From a virus: 64,000 nucleotides of DNA. The stretch lies in IMG/VR virus record IMGVR_UViG_3300023276_000007, positions 42,766 through 106,765 of that record, one strand, 5' to 3'. A program made the position numbers and the translations under genes. Shown here one piece after another: positions 50,506-59,170 of this stretch. A model generated the notes under the pieces. It did no database searches. It worked only from the letters and a program-made list of their open reading frames with translations, and was not told where the DNA came from. Position 1 is the first letter of the stretch, and each line of letters opens with the position of its first letter.

Positions 50506-51078
50506 ATGGACTATAGCGACGTAATAACAGCGGCAGTAACCACAGTATCCACTCTGGTATTGACGTACTTTGGCTACGTTAGGAAACGCCTTGTAACTAT
50601 AGACAAGGTGTCTAAATCTGTGCATGGGGACGAGGACTCATCTGGATTAGTAAAGACGGTTAGTAAGATAACTGACGCCCTCAACGGGGTCGGTGCTGAA
50701 GACGGTGTATTAAAAGAGTTAAGAGAAGTAATCGAAGAGCTAGAAAAAATAGACAAAAAGGTCCACAACCATGATGAGTACCTAAATGGTAATGGCGTCT
50801 ATGACGGGGCGATGAAGAGGTTGAAGGAGCTAGAAGATCATTTGGAAGAATGCCTAGCCCGAGCCGCCACAGTTACTGCATTTGGAAAAACCTTAGACTC
50901 AATACAAAGACAATTAGATGACCTTAAAAGAACCTCTACGAAAGATACCCAAGAGCTAATTAAAGAGGCGCTAAAGCCTCTGTGGGCTGTTATGGAAAAG
51001 AAGATCGGTAAAGATCTTGCAGACATACAGTTCAAACACATGATGAGCGAAATAGAGAAGATAGGCCGCGAGAGATAA
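50506..51078 (+). CDS. Membrane-anchored coiled-coil protein (holin-like?)
   Basis: N-terminal TM (VITAAVTTVSTLVLTYFGYV) followed by RKR and heptads; located at the end of the structural region. Confidence 0.45.
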   Translation: MDYSDVITAAVTTVSTLVLTYFGYVRKRLVTIDKVSKSVHGDEDSSGLVKTVSKITDALNGVGAEDGVLKELREVIEELEKIDKKVHNHDEYLNGNGVYDGAMKRLKELEDHLEECLARAATVTAFGKTLDSIQRQLDDLKRTSTKDTQELIKEALKPLWAVMEKKIGKDLADIQFKHMMSEIEKIGRER

Positions 51079-51105
51079 ATGCACACATTAACTAAGGATA
51101 GCACT

Positions 51106-51483
51106 ATGTCTAAAAAAACCATTAATACTAAAAGTAGCACCCAGACTGTAGCAGTCTTTGACGATGACGAAAGCATCTGCAAAACTATACAAGCTCTGGT
51201 CGAAAAGCAAGGGATGGTGTGTGTTTCAGCCACGTCTATCCCTGGTGCTGCATTCGAGATAGGGAGAAATAAGCCCGACATTATAGTAACCGACTTCGAG
51301 TTTCAGCATAGCTTCAACATAGCCTTATTGGCCGAACATCTAGAAGCAAGCGCAGACCGGGTTATTATCCTTACAGGTGGTAATCCTAAAGAAATTCTCC
51401 GCAAGTATCCAGCACTTTCATTTGCAAAATTTATAAAAAAGGGTAGTCCTTTACGTAACGTAATTAAAGAAATTACGGCATAA
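51106..51483 (+). CDS. Stand-alone response regulator receiver (CheY-like)
   Basis: VAVFDDD, PDIIVTD, VIILTG, FIKK; AAGGA SD before ATG 51106. Confidence 0.8.
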   Translation: MSKKTINTKSSTQTVAVFDDDESICKTIQALVEKQGMVCVSATSIPGAAFEIGRNKPDIIVTDFEFQHSFNIALLAEHLEASADRVIILTGGNPKEILRKYPALSFAKFIKKGSPLRNVIKEITA

Positions 51484-51501
51484 TACGAAAAGGACATACG
51501 A

Positions 51502-51705
51502 ATGAAAACATACACAATTACAGAACAGCAGATCCAGACGCTAGCCGCCTATATGGGCGAGATACCTTATAAGACAGTCAAAGAGGCTATGGCGATTATA
51601 CACGTAGTAGCCTCTCGCCAAGAGATAAAAGAGATAAAAGACACACCAGCCCCAGAAGACGCCAAGAAAAAGGCTGTTCCAGACGCAAAAGAATCGGCTA
51701 AATAA
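51502..51705 (+). CDS. Small hypothetical protein
   Basis: AAGGA SD; 67 aa. Confidence 0.55.
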   Translation: MKTYTITEQQIQTLAAYMGEIPYKTVKEAMAIIHVVASRQEIKEIKDTPAPEDAKKKAVPDAKESAK

Positions 51706-51717
51706 CGACCTTAAATA

Positions 51718-51726
51718 TGTTATAAT
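51718..51726 (+). promoter_or_regulatory. Extended -10 promoter
   Basis: TGTTATAAT in the intergenic boundary region. Confidence 0.5.
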
Positions 51727-51774
51727 AACTATACACCAGTTAGATATCTCGTAGCGTCTAACTTAAAGTGTTTC

Positions 51775-51851
51775 AAAGCCTCCTTTGTTATTCTCATTAC
51801 ACTAAGTACTTTATACTAACGTAATGAACATAACAAAGGAGGCTTTTTTTT
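51775..51851 (+). terminator. Long hairpin/terminator that also sequesters an SD
   Basis: 17-bp perfect inverted repeat AAAGCCTCCTTTGTTAT / ATAACAAAGGAGGCTTT, inner TCATTAC/GTAATGA pairing, T8 tail. Confidence 0.75.
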
Positions 51852-52058
51852 ATGGCTACAATAAATAAATCCGCTGAGTACTATAGGTACACAGCCAAAT
51901 TAGCAAGAGGTCAAGATATTGAATCAAGCCAAGGTACCTGTAAACGGTACCAAACAAATAATATTCTCTCAGCAAAGCGAGATGACCGCCTAACGCACGG
52001 TCGACCAGGAAAATGGTTACCGTATTTGCCGGGGTCGTATTCTTCGGATCTGTCATAG
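51852..52058 (+). CDS. Small hypothetical protein
   Basis: AAAGGAGG SD 9 nt upstream, located inside the hairpin. Confidence 0.35.
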   Translation: MATINKSAEYYRYTAKLARGQDIESSQGTCKRYQTNNILSAKRDDRLTHGRPGKWLPYLPGSYSSDLS

Positions 52059-52222
52059 CTGCAGGCTCGTCAGAGATTAGTTATAGGAAAACTGTTAAAA
52101 GAAGGGACGATAAAGTTTCGGAATGGAAGCAGGCTTCTAAAGAACTACTCAGACAGCAGCAGCGCGTAGCACAGACCAAGGTAGAATACGAGCGAATCAA
52201 GAGAATCTCTTCCCTTGATTAA
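52013..52222 (+). CDS. Small membrane-anchored protein
   Basis: Hydrophobic N-terminus then a basic coiled coil. Confidence 0.45.
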   Translation: MVTVFAGVVFFGSVIAAGSSEISYRKTVKRRDDKVSEWKQASKELLRQQQRVAQTKVEYERIKRISSLD

Positions 52223-52262
52223 TTTATAAATACGAAACAAACAAAAACGAAAGGAGCGGCGT

Positions 52263-52718
52263 ATGATCGCAGAAGCTCTTCTATTAGGCTCTATAGCCGG
52301 AATGGTTTATGCAGACCGTCGTAAAAGAAAACGACATCTTGTAGCCAGGCATAATATAGTCATGCAAGAACAGATCGATGCGGATATAGAGGCCAGTAAG
52401 ACTCTAATGGAGCAGGCCAATATCCAAGAAGCCTTGATATTAAAACATCGGGTAACGAAACAAGGAGTGGCATTGTATCAAGCCACCCGACTAGATTATG
52501 AGCTGTCAGATAAGTCTGAGACGCTTTTAACTATGATAATGAAGCGAGTTCCAGATTCGGTACTTGCTTTTAAAAGTCTTAATAGTAGGATGCCTACTAT
52601 TGATGACCACGAGGTGGTTACAGTGGACGACCTCGTATTTGTCGAGGCGTTAAGCAAATGCTTAGGGGGAAATAATAAGCAGCGTCCAAAAGGTCGCCCT
52701 TCCCTCGCACTAGCCTAG
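52263..52718 (+). CDS. Membrane-anchored hypothetical protein
   Basis: AAGGAG SD; N-terminal hydrophobic segment then RRKRKR. Confidence 0.55.
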   Translation: MIAEALLLGSIAGMVYADRRKRKRHLVARHNIVMQEQIDADIEASKTLMEQANIQEALILKHRVTKQGVALYQATRLDYELSDKSETLLTMIMKRVPDSVLAFKSLNSRMPTIDDHEVVTVDDLVFVEALSKCLGGNNKQRPKGRPSLALA

Positions 52719-52734
52719 CAACCCCCACGCAGAT

Positions 52735-52788
52735 GAAGCGATAACTTTCTTGTACATATATACAAGAGAGTTATCGCTTCTCTTTTTT
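52735..52788 (+). terminator. Rho-independent terminator with long stem
   Basis: GAAGCGATAACTTTCTTGTA-CATATA-TACAAGAGAGTTATCGCTTC (20 bp, one G-U) followed by TCTTTTTT. Confidence 0.85.
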
Positions 52789-52840
52789 ACCTTAATAAAT
52801 AAATAAAATAACTTAAATTTAGCTATTGGAGAAAATAGAC

Positions 52841-53737
52841 ATGCTAACAAACAATATGATTAACGTAGACCCATTCTGCGACGTAGACATGAACTCACTA
52901 GAAGCAGTAGGCCTACCTGATAAATTCGTAGTACGCCTTCGGGACACAGACAGCGGTGATATGGTTCCTATTAATACTAAAGGAGCAATCCACGGACCAG
53001 GTTACCGTTTAGTTCCGAACTCTCGCGTTAACCAGATTACACAGGATGTATTAACCCGTACAGGTATGGACTGGGAAGCTCTTCCTAAGTATGGACAGTC
53101 TAAAGTGTCAGACCAGGAATGGGATGGTAAGAAATTCGCACAGCGCTTTTTCATACCAGAAGTCAACATCGACGTTGAAGAAGGTGAAGGCACTAAGCTC
53201 ATGCTTGGTGTAGAAGCGGTTAATAGCTATGATGGTTCATATGGCGTTGCTTTACAATTCTTTATGATGAGCATGGCCTGTAGCAACCAGTTCCGACCAA
53301 GCAACTTCTTGGGCGGGTTCAACTTCAGACACCATGAATCAGAGGACACTTCTTTGGAAGCCGACCTTAAGGACGCCTCAGAGTTGCTCATGCAGCAGGC
53401 TGAGAAGTTCGGAACCATCGGTGCTAAGGTTGACAGACTTCTCAACACTACCCTTGAGCAGGCCTACAAACAGAAGGATCGTATGAGCGGTTTTCTTTCC
53501 ATGAGAGATTCTCTAGGTAAGAGCTGGCGCCCAAGCTACGATTCACATGTTCTTGATGAGTTGGCGCATAAGGGTGTCACTAGCCGTATGGACAGATCTC
53601 AAACTTCTCACACGAGAAACCTTTGGGGAACTCTTAATGCATATACAGCAGTTGCTACCCACCACATCGGTGGATTCAACGGTGTATCGGTTAACAGAGA
53701 TGTTACCGACAAGTTCATGGCTACTGTAAGTGCTTAA
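52841..53737 (+). CDS. DUF932/DUF945-like protein
   Basis: YRLVPN, NSYDGS…ACSN…FRH, LWGTLNAYT motifs; GGAG SD before ATG 52841. Confidence 0.75.
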   Translation: MLTNNMINVDPFCDVDMNSLEAVGLPDKFVVRLRDTDSGDMVPINTKGAIHGPGYRLVPNSRVNQITQDVLTRTGMDWEALPKYGQSKVSDQEWDGKKFAQRFFIPEVNIDVEEGEGTKLMLGVEAVNSYDGSYGVALQFFMMSMACSNQFRPSNFLGGFNFRHHESEDTSLEADLKDASELLMQQAEKFGTIGAKVDRLLNTTLEQAYKQKDRMSGFLSMRDSLGKSWRPSYDSHVLDELAHKGVTSRMDRSQTSHTRNLWGTLNAYTAVATHHIGGFNGVSVNRDVTDKFMATVSA

Positions 53738-53975
53738 GGCTACTATAACCCTCACACTATCAAACGAACACGGCGAGGTTAAACAAGACGTGTACGAGTG
53801 TGAGGGAGCTACCGTCGAGGAGATGGAGAAGCGCTTGGTTACCCAGGTCTTTGTAGATGGTGCTGGTAAGTTGGTGGATTCCATTTATGAAATGACCATA
53901 CCAGCTCCTAAGCCTAAAAAGACTAGGGCCAAGAAGAAACCTGCAGCTAAACAGCAGCTTACTAAGCTTGACTAG
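53730..53975 (+). CDS. Hypothetical protein
   Basis: Overlap-coupled ORF. Confidence 0.45.
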   Translation: MLKATITLTLSNEHGEVKQDVYECEGATVEEMEKRLVTQVFVDGAGKLVDSIYEMTIPAPKPKKTRAKKKPAAKQQLTKLD

Positions 53976-54020
53976 TAACAGGCCGGCCTTAGTGCCGGCT
54001 TCAACCCTAAAGGACACAAC

Positions 54021-54371
54021 ATGAGTAAGAACTGGCTGGTAGCAACGGATGTTGAAGAAGGTCAAAAGGTAACCTGCAAAGGCTTAATCTATAAGTGTCG
54101 CAATAACTATTTCATGAATAGCAAGGGCGAACTCGTAGACACAGTCCGTATGGTTCCTTTGAAAAGAAAGTCCTGCCCTGGCTGTGAAAAGTGTGGTGGG
54201 ACAGAGGAGTTTTTATCCGAAAGCATGGCCAATGAAGAATACCCAGTTACGTCTGGGCTAGAGGCTGACAAGGAGTACAAACTAATAGCATATAAAACTT
54301 ACCAAGGTGGTGGGTTCGACCCTGCTGAGTACGACGAATGGGCTCTCCAATTCGTACCAGCGGAATCTTAA
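54021..54371 (+). CDS. Hypothetical protein with CPGCEKC motif
   Basis: AAGGA SD; KRKSCPGCEKC. Confidence 0.6.
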   Translation: MSKNWLVATDVEEGQKVTCKGLIYKCRNNYFMNSKGELVDTVRMVPLKRKSCPGCEKCGGTEEFLSESMANEEYPVTSGLEADKEYKLIAYKTYQGGGFDPAEYDEWALQFVPAES

Positions 54372-54399
54372 AATAAACATAAAATAAAAAGGACATATC

Positions 54400-56439
54400 A
54401 TGTCAACAGTAATAGATGCCGGACTCGACTTCGGAATAATTAAGAAGGCTGTCGATGCACAGTTTAAAAAGATGTCACAAGGTAATCCGGAATTATTTAC
54501 GGTCACCTATGATAAGCAAGCTGTATGGGAAACATATCTACAGGCGTTCCCTGAAGGATCTAACCCTATATTTAAAGAACGCACAGAACATGATTGTGTC
54601 TGCTGCAAAAGCTTCATTCGACGAGTAGGCGGTGTTGTTAAGATTAATGAAGACGGAAGTCTTGATAGTATCTGGGATGTTAACCTAGAAGGACCTTATG
54701 GTGTCGTAGCAAAAGCTATGTCTAACTATGTAAAGTCCCGACCTATTGAAAACGTCTTCCGTAACTGGGAGCGTACAGCTGGTCAGGACAAGAGTGTGGT
54801 ACTAGATGAGACAACAAGCCAGACTGTCACGTGGAGACACTTCTATTGTACGACAGAGGACTACTTCCTTAAGGCAGATAAGACTCCAACATACTTAGGC
54901 GATAAGAGGTCTAACTTCGACGTTCTTAAAAGAAGCCTTGCAGAGCTAACTCTAGAGTCTGCTGAAATTGTTCTTGAACTAATCGAGCAGAACTCTCTGT
55001 ATCGTGGTGAAGAGCATAAGCGCACTGTTGATACCTTCATAAGGTTAAAGAACGAGTATGACGCAGTTGTCGGTGACAAGGATCGGTATGTTTGGTTGAA
55101 GTCTGTTGCTATGGGTGGTGCCAGTAAGATTCGTAACCAAGTTATTGGATCTTTGTTAATTGACCTATCCGAAGGTGCAGACCTGACAAGTGCTGTTAAG
55201 AGTTTCGAGGCAAAGGTAGCTCCGTCAAACTATAAGCGCCCAACAGCCTTGATTACTAAAGGTATGATCGACAAAGCACAGAAGACTGTAGTAGAGCTTG
55301 GATATGAGTCCGCACTACAACGTCGCTATGCTGTAACAGATGATATTACGATCAATAACGTCATCTATGCAGATAGATCTGTGAAGCCTGCCATGAAAGG
55401 TGTTTTCGAGGAACTGGCCGATACTATACAGGATAAGCCAAAGAGCCTCGAAAAGGTGGAGGAGATTAGCATTGAAGATTTTATCAACAATGTAGTCCCT
55501 AAAGCTACTGGCATCGAAATGCTTGTAGAGAATCGTCACTCAGGCAACTTAATGAGCTTAGTTGCTCCAGAAGATGCTGAAGCTAAACATATGTTCAAAT
55601 GGGATAATAACTTCTCATGGGGATATAACGGCGAAGTGGCAGACTCTATGAAGGAACATGTTAAGGCTGCTGGTGGTAACGTCACTGGTGACCTGCGCTG
55701 TTCTTTGATGTGGTATTCTAGGAATGACTTGGATCTACATTTGATAGAGCCTTGTGGTAACTTAATAAGCTTCTCTTCTATGGTATCTCGATGTGGTAAA
55801 GGTCGTCTCGATGTGGACAACACAAGTGGTGGTACTTTACAAAAGCCTGCAGTAGAAAACATCACATGGCAGAAGAGTAAGGATATTAAAGAAGGGCGTT
55901 ATAAAGTCCTAGTCCATAATTACAGTGGATCTAATACCAACGAGGCCGGGTTCGACTTTGAACTTGAATTCAAAGGTACGATCTATCCGATGTCTTATAA
56001 ACAGGCAGTCGGTGGTAAGAAGAAAGTTACCTGTGTTGAGTTTGACTATACCCATGCTGACGGTGTAAAGATCGTTAAGTCCTTGGATGTAGAGAGCGCC
56101 AGTAAAGAGGTGTGGGGAATTACTACCGAGTCATTTAACAAGGTGACTATGGTAATGCACTCTCCTAACCACTGGGATGGTAATAAGACTGGTAACAAAC
56201 ACTGGTTCTTTATTATGGAAAACTGTAACTCGGGCTCAAGCGCTCGTGGTTTCTTCAACGAGTTCTTGAAGGAAGAGTTGCATGAACACCGTAAAGTGTT
56301 CGAAGTTCTCGGTAGTAAGCTCAAAGTAAAAGAATCCGACAACCAGTTAAGTGGTATTGGGTTCTCCTCTACAGTAAGTAACCATGCCTACTTCAGAGTG
56401 AGCGGCGCTATGAAGAGAACTATAAAAGTTCGCTTCTAG
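54400..56439 (+). CDS. Conserved phage protein with N-terminal HDCxCC motif and C-terminal YfaP/DUF2135-like domain
   Basis: ERTEHDCVCCKSFIR; DLRCSLMW…DLDLH…LDVD…VENITW. Confidence 0.7.
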   Translation: MSTVIDAGLDFGIIKKAVDAQFKKMSQGNPELFTVTYDKQAVWETYLQAFPEGSNPIFKERTEHDCVCCKSFIRRVGGVVKINEDGSLDSIWDVNLEGPYGVVAKAMSNYVKSRPIENVFRNWERTAGQDKSVVLDETTSQTVTWRHFYCTTEDYFLKADKTPTYLGDKRSNFDVLKRSLAELTLESAEIVLELIEQNSLYRGEEHKRTVDTFIRLKNEYDAVVGDKDRYVWLKSVAMGGASKIRNQVIGSLLIDLSEGADLTSAVKSFEAKVAPSNYKRPTALITKGMIDKAQKTVVELGYESALQRRYAVTDDITINNVIYADRSVKPAMKGVFEELADTIQDKPKSLEKVEEISIEDFINNVVPKATGIEMLVENRHSGNLMSLVAPEDAEAKHMFKWDNNFSWGYNGEVADSMKEHVKAAGGNVTGDLRCSLMWYSRNDLDLHLIEPCGNLISFSSMVSRCGKGRLDVDNTSGGTLQKPAVENITWQKSKDIKEGRYKVLVHNYSGSNTNEAGFDFELEFKGTIYPMSYKQAVGGKKKVTCVEFDYTHADGVKIVKSLDVESASKEVWGITTESFNKVTMVMHSPNHWDGNKTGNKHWFFIMENCNSGSSARGFFNEFLKEELHEHRKVFEVLGSKLKVKESDNQLSGIGFSSTVSNHAYFRVSGAMKRTIKVRF

Positions 56440-56858
56440 TGCAATACGCTACACGTAGCGGTAGGGAGCCTAGAGAGCAGATCGACATGGCCGACGTGCC
56501 TACTGGTTATCTAAGCAAGCTTAGTGAAGTACGGCGTTTGCTAGATAAAATAGCCAGGAAGTTCCCAGAGCTCCCTGTGGTAGGTTTGGAGATTGTAAGT
56601 CAGACCGTAGCTCCATGCCCAAGAACTCTTGGGTTCTCTGCCTTGGGTGGTGGTAAGATAATGATTACCGACCTGTGTTTTGAGGCCGGTGAACTCACCA
56701 GCACCGTGCTACACGAAGTATGCCATGCACTCTTCTCTGTTAAGCACGTAGAGCACTGTATCCTAATGTGCCCAACTATAGGTGCACCTCAAGAAGAAGG
56801 TGCGCTATGGGCCGTGTTCGAAAAATATGCATTAAACTACATTAACAATAATAAATAA
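56439..56858 (+). CDS. Zinc metallopeptidase-like (zincin) protein
   Basis: HEVCHALFSVKH followed by a CILM Met-turn-like motif. Confidence 0.55.
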   Translation: MQYATRSGREPREQIDMADVPTGYLSKLSEVRRLLDKIARKFPELPVVGLEIVSQTVAPCPRTLGFSALGGGKIMITDLCFEAGELTSTVLHEVCHALFSVKHVEHCILMCPTIGAPQEEGALWAVFEKYALNYINNNK

Positions 56859-56868
56859 AGGAAGTACC

Positions 56869-57255
56869 ATGAGTAAATTATACAAAAGAGCAGCAAGAAT
56901 AAAGTTACGGTTCGAGTCAGCACGCGGGCTAGTCACCACAGAGGACTTGTTTAACTTACCTCTTGAGGAGCTGGACATCATTGCTAGAACTTATAGCAAG
57001 AAGACTAAAGAGTCTAAAGAAGAAAGCTTCATTAAGCCAGTCAAGACGGACGCTACTTCTGTCTTCAAGCTTAGCCTTGATATCGTTAAAGATGTCATTG
57101 CAGACAAGCTAGCTGCTAGAGATGCTGCACAGAAAGCTGCCGCAACTAAGATTAAGAAAGCTAAGATACTTGGTATCATGGCTGATAAGGAAAATGATGA
57201 GCTCAAAGGTAAGGACCTTGACGAGCTTAAAGAAATGCTCGACGAGCTTAGCTAA
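56869..57255 (+). CDS. Conserved phage coiled-coil protein
   Basis: KLRFESARGLVTTEDLFNLPL motif, which I recall usually accompanies the 54400-type gene. Confidence 0.6.
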   Translation: MSKLYKRAARIKLRFESARGLVTTEDLFNLPLEELDIIARTYSKKTKESKEESFIKPVKTDATSVFKLSLDIVKDVIADKLAARDAAQKAAATKIKKAKILGIMADKENDELKGKDLDELKEMLDELS

Positions 57256-57261
57256 GTTATT

Positions 57262-57291
57262 GGTGGGAGGCTTAGGCTTCCCGCCTTTTTT
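57262..57291 (+). terminator. Rho-independent terminator
   Basis: GGTGGGAGG-CTTAGG-CTTCCCGCC (two G-U pairs) followed by T6. Confidence 0.85.
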
Positions 57292-57315
57292 ACAATTATA
57301 ATAAAGGAGATGACC

Positions 57316-57456
57316 GTGAGTAAGAATAAAGAAGTATTATGCCCAGAGTGTTTTAAAGGGAACGTAATCCCGGAGCCTAAAGGCGATGCGGGGTGCTGCG
57401 ATAAATGCGCAACACCGTTTACGTATAAAGCACCTACTACAGTGAGGTACAGCTAA
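57316..57456 (+). CDS. 46-aa zinc-ribbon microprotein (absent from the ORF track)
   Basis: AAGGAG SD, GTG start, MSKNKEVLCPECFKG…GCCDKCATPF…; TAATG coupling to the next gene. Confidence 0.7.
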   Translation: MSKNKEVLCPECFKGNVIPEPKGDAGCCDKCATPFTYKAPTTVRYS

Positions 57457-58043
57457 TGGCTAACTGGTACGCAAATTACTTCGAAGTGAAAGACGTTAAA
57501 GCATTTAAGGAGGCTGTCGACGACTTCCCGGAGGTGGAACTAATTACCCAGGGTGAGAACCTGTTTGGGTTACTATCTACAAACGATGGTGGGGACTTTT
57601 GCTCTGTGGTGTACACAGGCGAGGATTGTGAAGAAGAGGACTTTGATGTTTTAGCTGAAATCGCCCCACACCTGAAAGATGGGCATGTGGCCATAGCGAT
57701 GACTATAGGTAACGAAAAGATGCGTTACCTCACCGGATACGCAGAGGGTATTAATAATAAAGCCCAACGAGTCAGCCTAAACCTTGACCACGTTTACGAG
57801 ATGGCTAAGGAGCTTGGTGAGCATGTTACGGAGTGTAAGTTACTAATGTCTAAAGAAACCATAATGACGATCGACAAGGAATTGTTAAACAAGCAACGTC
57901 TAACAATCTTCGGTATGATGGTCGAGAAGAAGTTATCTAGGGAACGTATTGATGTCCTACAAGGGGTCATCAACATGCTGGATGAGATCCAAGACCATAC
58001 AGAGTATGCACAAGGTAATTGTGTGAAGGTAAAGTTAGTATGA
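57456..58043 (+). CDS. Hypothetical protein, probably two genes fused by a 1-nt insertion near 57840
   Basis: AAG T TAC TAA TG junction; internal ATG at 57846. Confidence 0.5.
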   Translation: MANWYANYFEVKDVKAFKEAVDDFPEVELITQGENLFGLLSTNDGGDFCSVVYTGEDCEEEDFDVLAEIAPHLKDGHVAIAMTIGNEKMRYLTGYAEGINNKAQRVSLNLDHVYEMAKELGEHVTECKLLMSKETIMTIDKELLNKQRLTIFGMMVEKKLSRERIDVLQGVINMLDEIQDHTEYAQGNCVKVKLV

Positions 58044-58249
58044 GTAAGGTTCGTTCGCTGGTTAGCAGCGAACCTCATACTATCCTAAAAGGTCGTGACT
58101 ACGAAGTACTTGTGCCTCGTAAACAGGCGCCGCATGAACCAATTGCCTGGTACACTCTATTAAATGAGGTTAGAGTACCTATAAGGGTTCCGGCACGACT
58201 TGTGGAAGAATTACCCCCGGAGCTCAAGGAGGAAAATGAATGTTCGTGA
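58040..58249 (+). CDS. Hypothetical protein
   Basis: ATGA coupling at 58040. Confidence 0.45.
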   Translation: MSKVRSLVSSEPHTILKGRDYEVLVPRKQAPHEPIAWYTLLNEVRVPIRVPARLVEELPPELKEENECS

Positions 58250-58412
58250 CTTAATAATAGAGCTATGTCACCCAGACTACACCACAGACCGCAATAAGAA
58301 GCCTCTTGGTTTAGTTATGCGAGACAGTAAGGGGAAGGAGTTTAGACTTACGTCTGTCTGGACTTGTGAACAAACTAACGAATTAATACTTGAGATAAAA
58401 GAAGATGATTAA
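58236..58412 (+). CDS. Hypothetical protein
   Basis: AGGAGG SD; MNVRDLIIEL start typical of small phage proteins. Confidence 0.5.
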   Translation: MNVRDLIIELCHPDYTTDRNKKPLGLVMRDSKGKEFRLTSVWTCEQTNELILEIKEDD

Positions 58413-58605
58413 AAAGTGCGGTCCCAAATGTCTCCTCTGCGGCTGCGGTCGTGGAGAAGGCCCTTGTACCTTTAAAGAGGCCAAGTTAAATGCCCTCCGA
58501 AAACGAGGACTGCTAACAGAGTCTAAAGAAAATAAAAATAAAATTAACAATAAATCGAAGCGTAAAGCAATAAAGGCTAAACGCAAGAAAGGTAGGAAGA
58601 AGTAA
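58405..58605 (+). CDS. Small basic Cys-containing protein
   Basis: CGPKCLLCGC…C and a K/R-rich tail. Confidence 0.45.
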   Translation: MIKKCGPKCLLCGCGRGEGPCTFKEAKLNALRKRGLLTESKENKNKINNKSKRKAIKAKRKKGRKK

Positions 58606-58910
58606 TGCATGAAGAAATTATTTGGGCCGACGACAGCTGTTATGATTTTAAATATCCTGTAACGTACATTGTAGCAGCCGCCATGATAGTTGAAGGCGTG
58701 CTGTATGCAGGTATGCGTCATTCGCATTGTATACAAGCGGCCTATAAACGCACAGGCAAGCCTGTACTCAGCGAGAGTCCAGACGGGTTCATAGATAATC
58801 ATATGAATTTTCTAGACCGCAGGGAATCTCTAAAACTTGCAGAGAAGACCGGACAGCTACAAAGACGTACTGGACCAGGTGATGAATTATATAGCGAAGA
58901 TTTATGGTAA
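58605..58910 (+). CDS. Conserved phage hypothetical protein
   Basis: IVAAA…GMRH…GFID…FLDR.E…GQ…LYSEDLW motif. Confidence 0.65.
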   Translation: MHEEIIWADDSCYDFKYPVTYIVAAAMIVEGVLYAGMRHSHCIQAAYKRTGKPVLSESPDGFIDNHMNFLDRRESLKLAEKTGQLQRRTGPGDELYSEDLW

Positions 58911-59155
58911 GGATGCAACAAGTGAACAACGAAAACAAGAAGCAGCTTTCTACACGGATATATTCCGCTTGTATTAAGTCTGTCTTAACCAAAGTAGGTC
59001 TGTGTTTATTACTGTGCCTACTTTCCCCCCTAATAGCTGCTTTCGTATTGGTAATATTTACCATGATGGCAGCTTTCTTATTCTTAGTAGGATTGATGTG
59101 TGCTGCTGTCGTCTTAGTGATGCTACCAGGCGCTCCTTTCTTCATTATGGATTAA
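58904..59155 (+). CDS. Small membrane protein
   Basis: ~50-aa uninterrupted hydrophobic stretch. Confidence 0.5.
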   Translation: MVRMQQVNNENKKQLSTRIYSACIKSVLTKVGLCLLLCLLSPLIAAFVLVIFTMMAAFLFLVGLMCAAVVLVMLPGAPFFIMD

Positions 59156-59170
59156 CCCAAGGATATAAAT

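Noticed and set aside
53980-54001. GCCGGC-CTTAGT-GCCGGC hairpin
   Set aside because: It has no U-tract, so it was not called a terminator; it may be a processing or stability hairpin.
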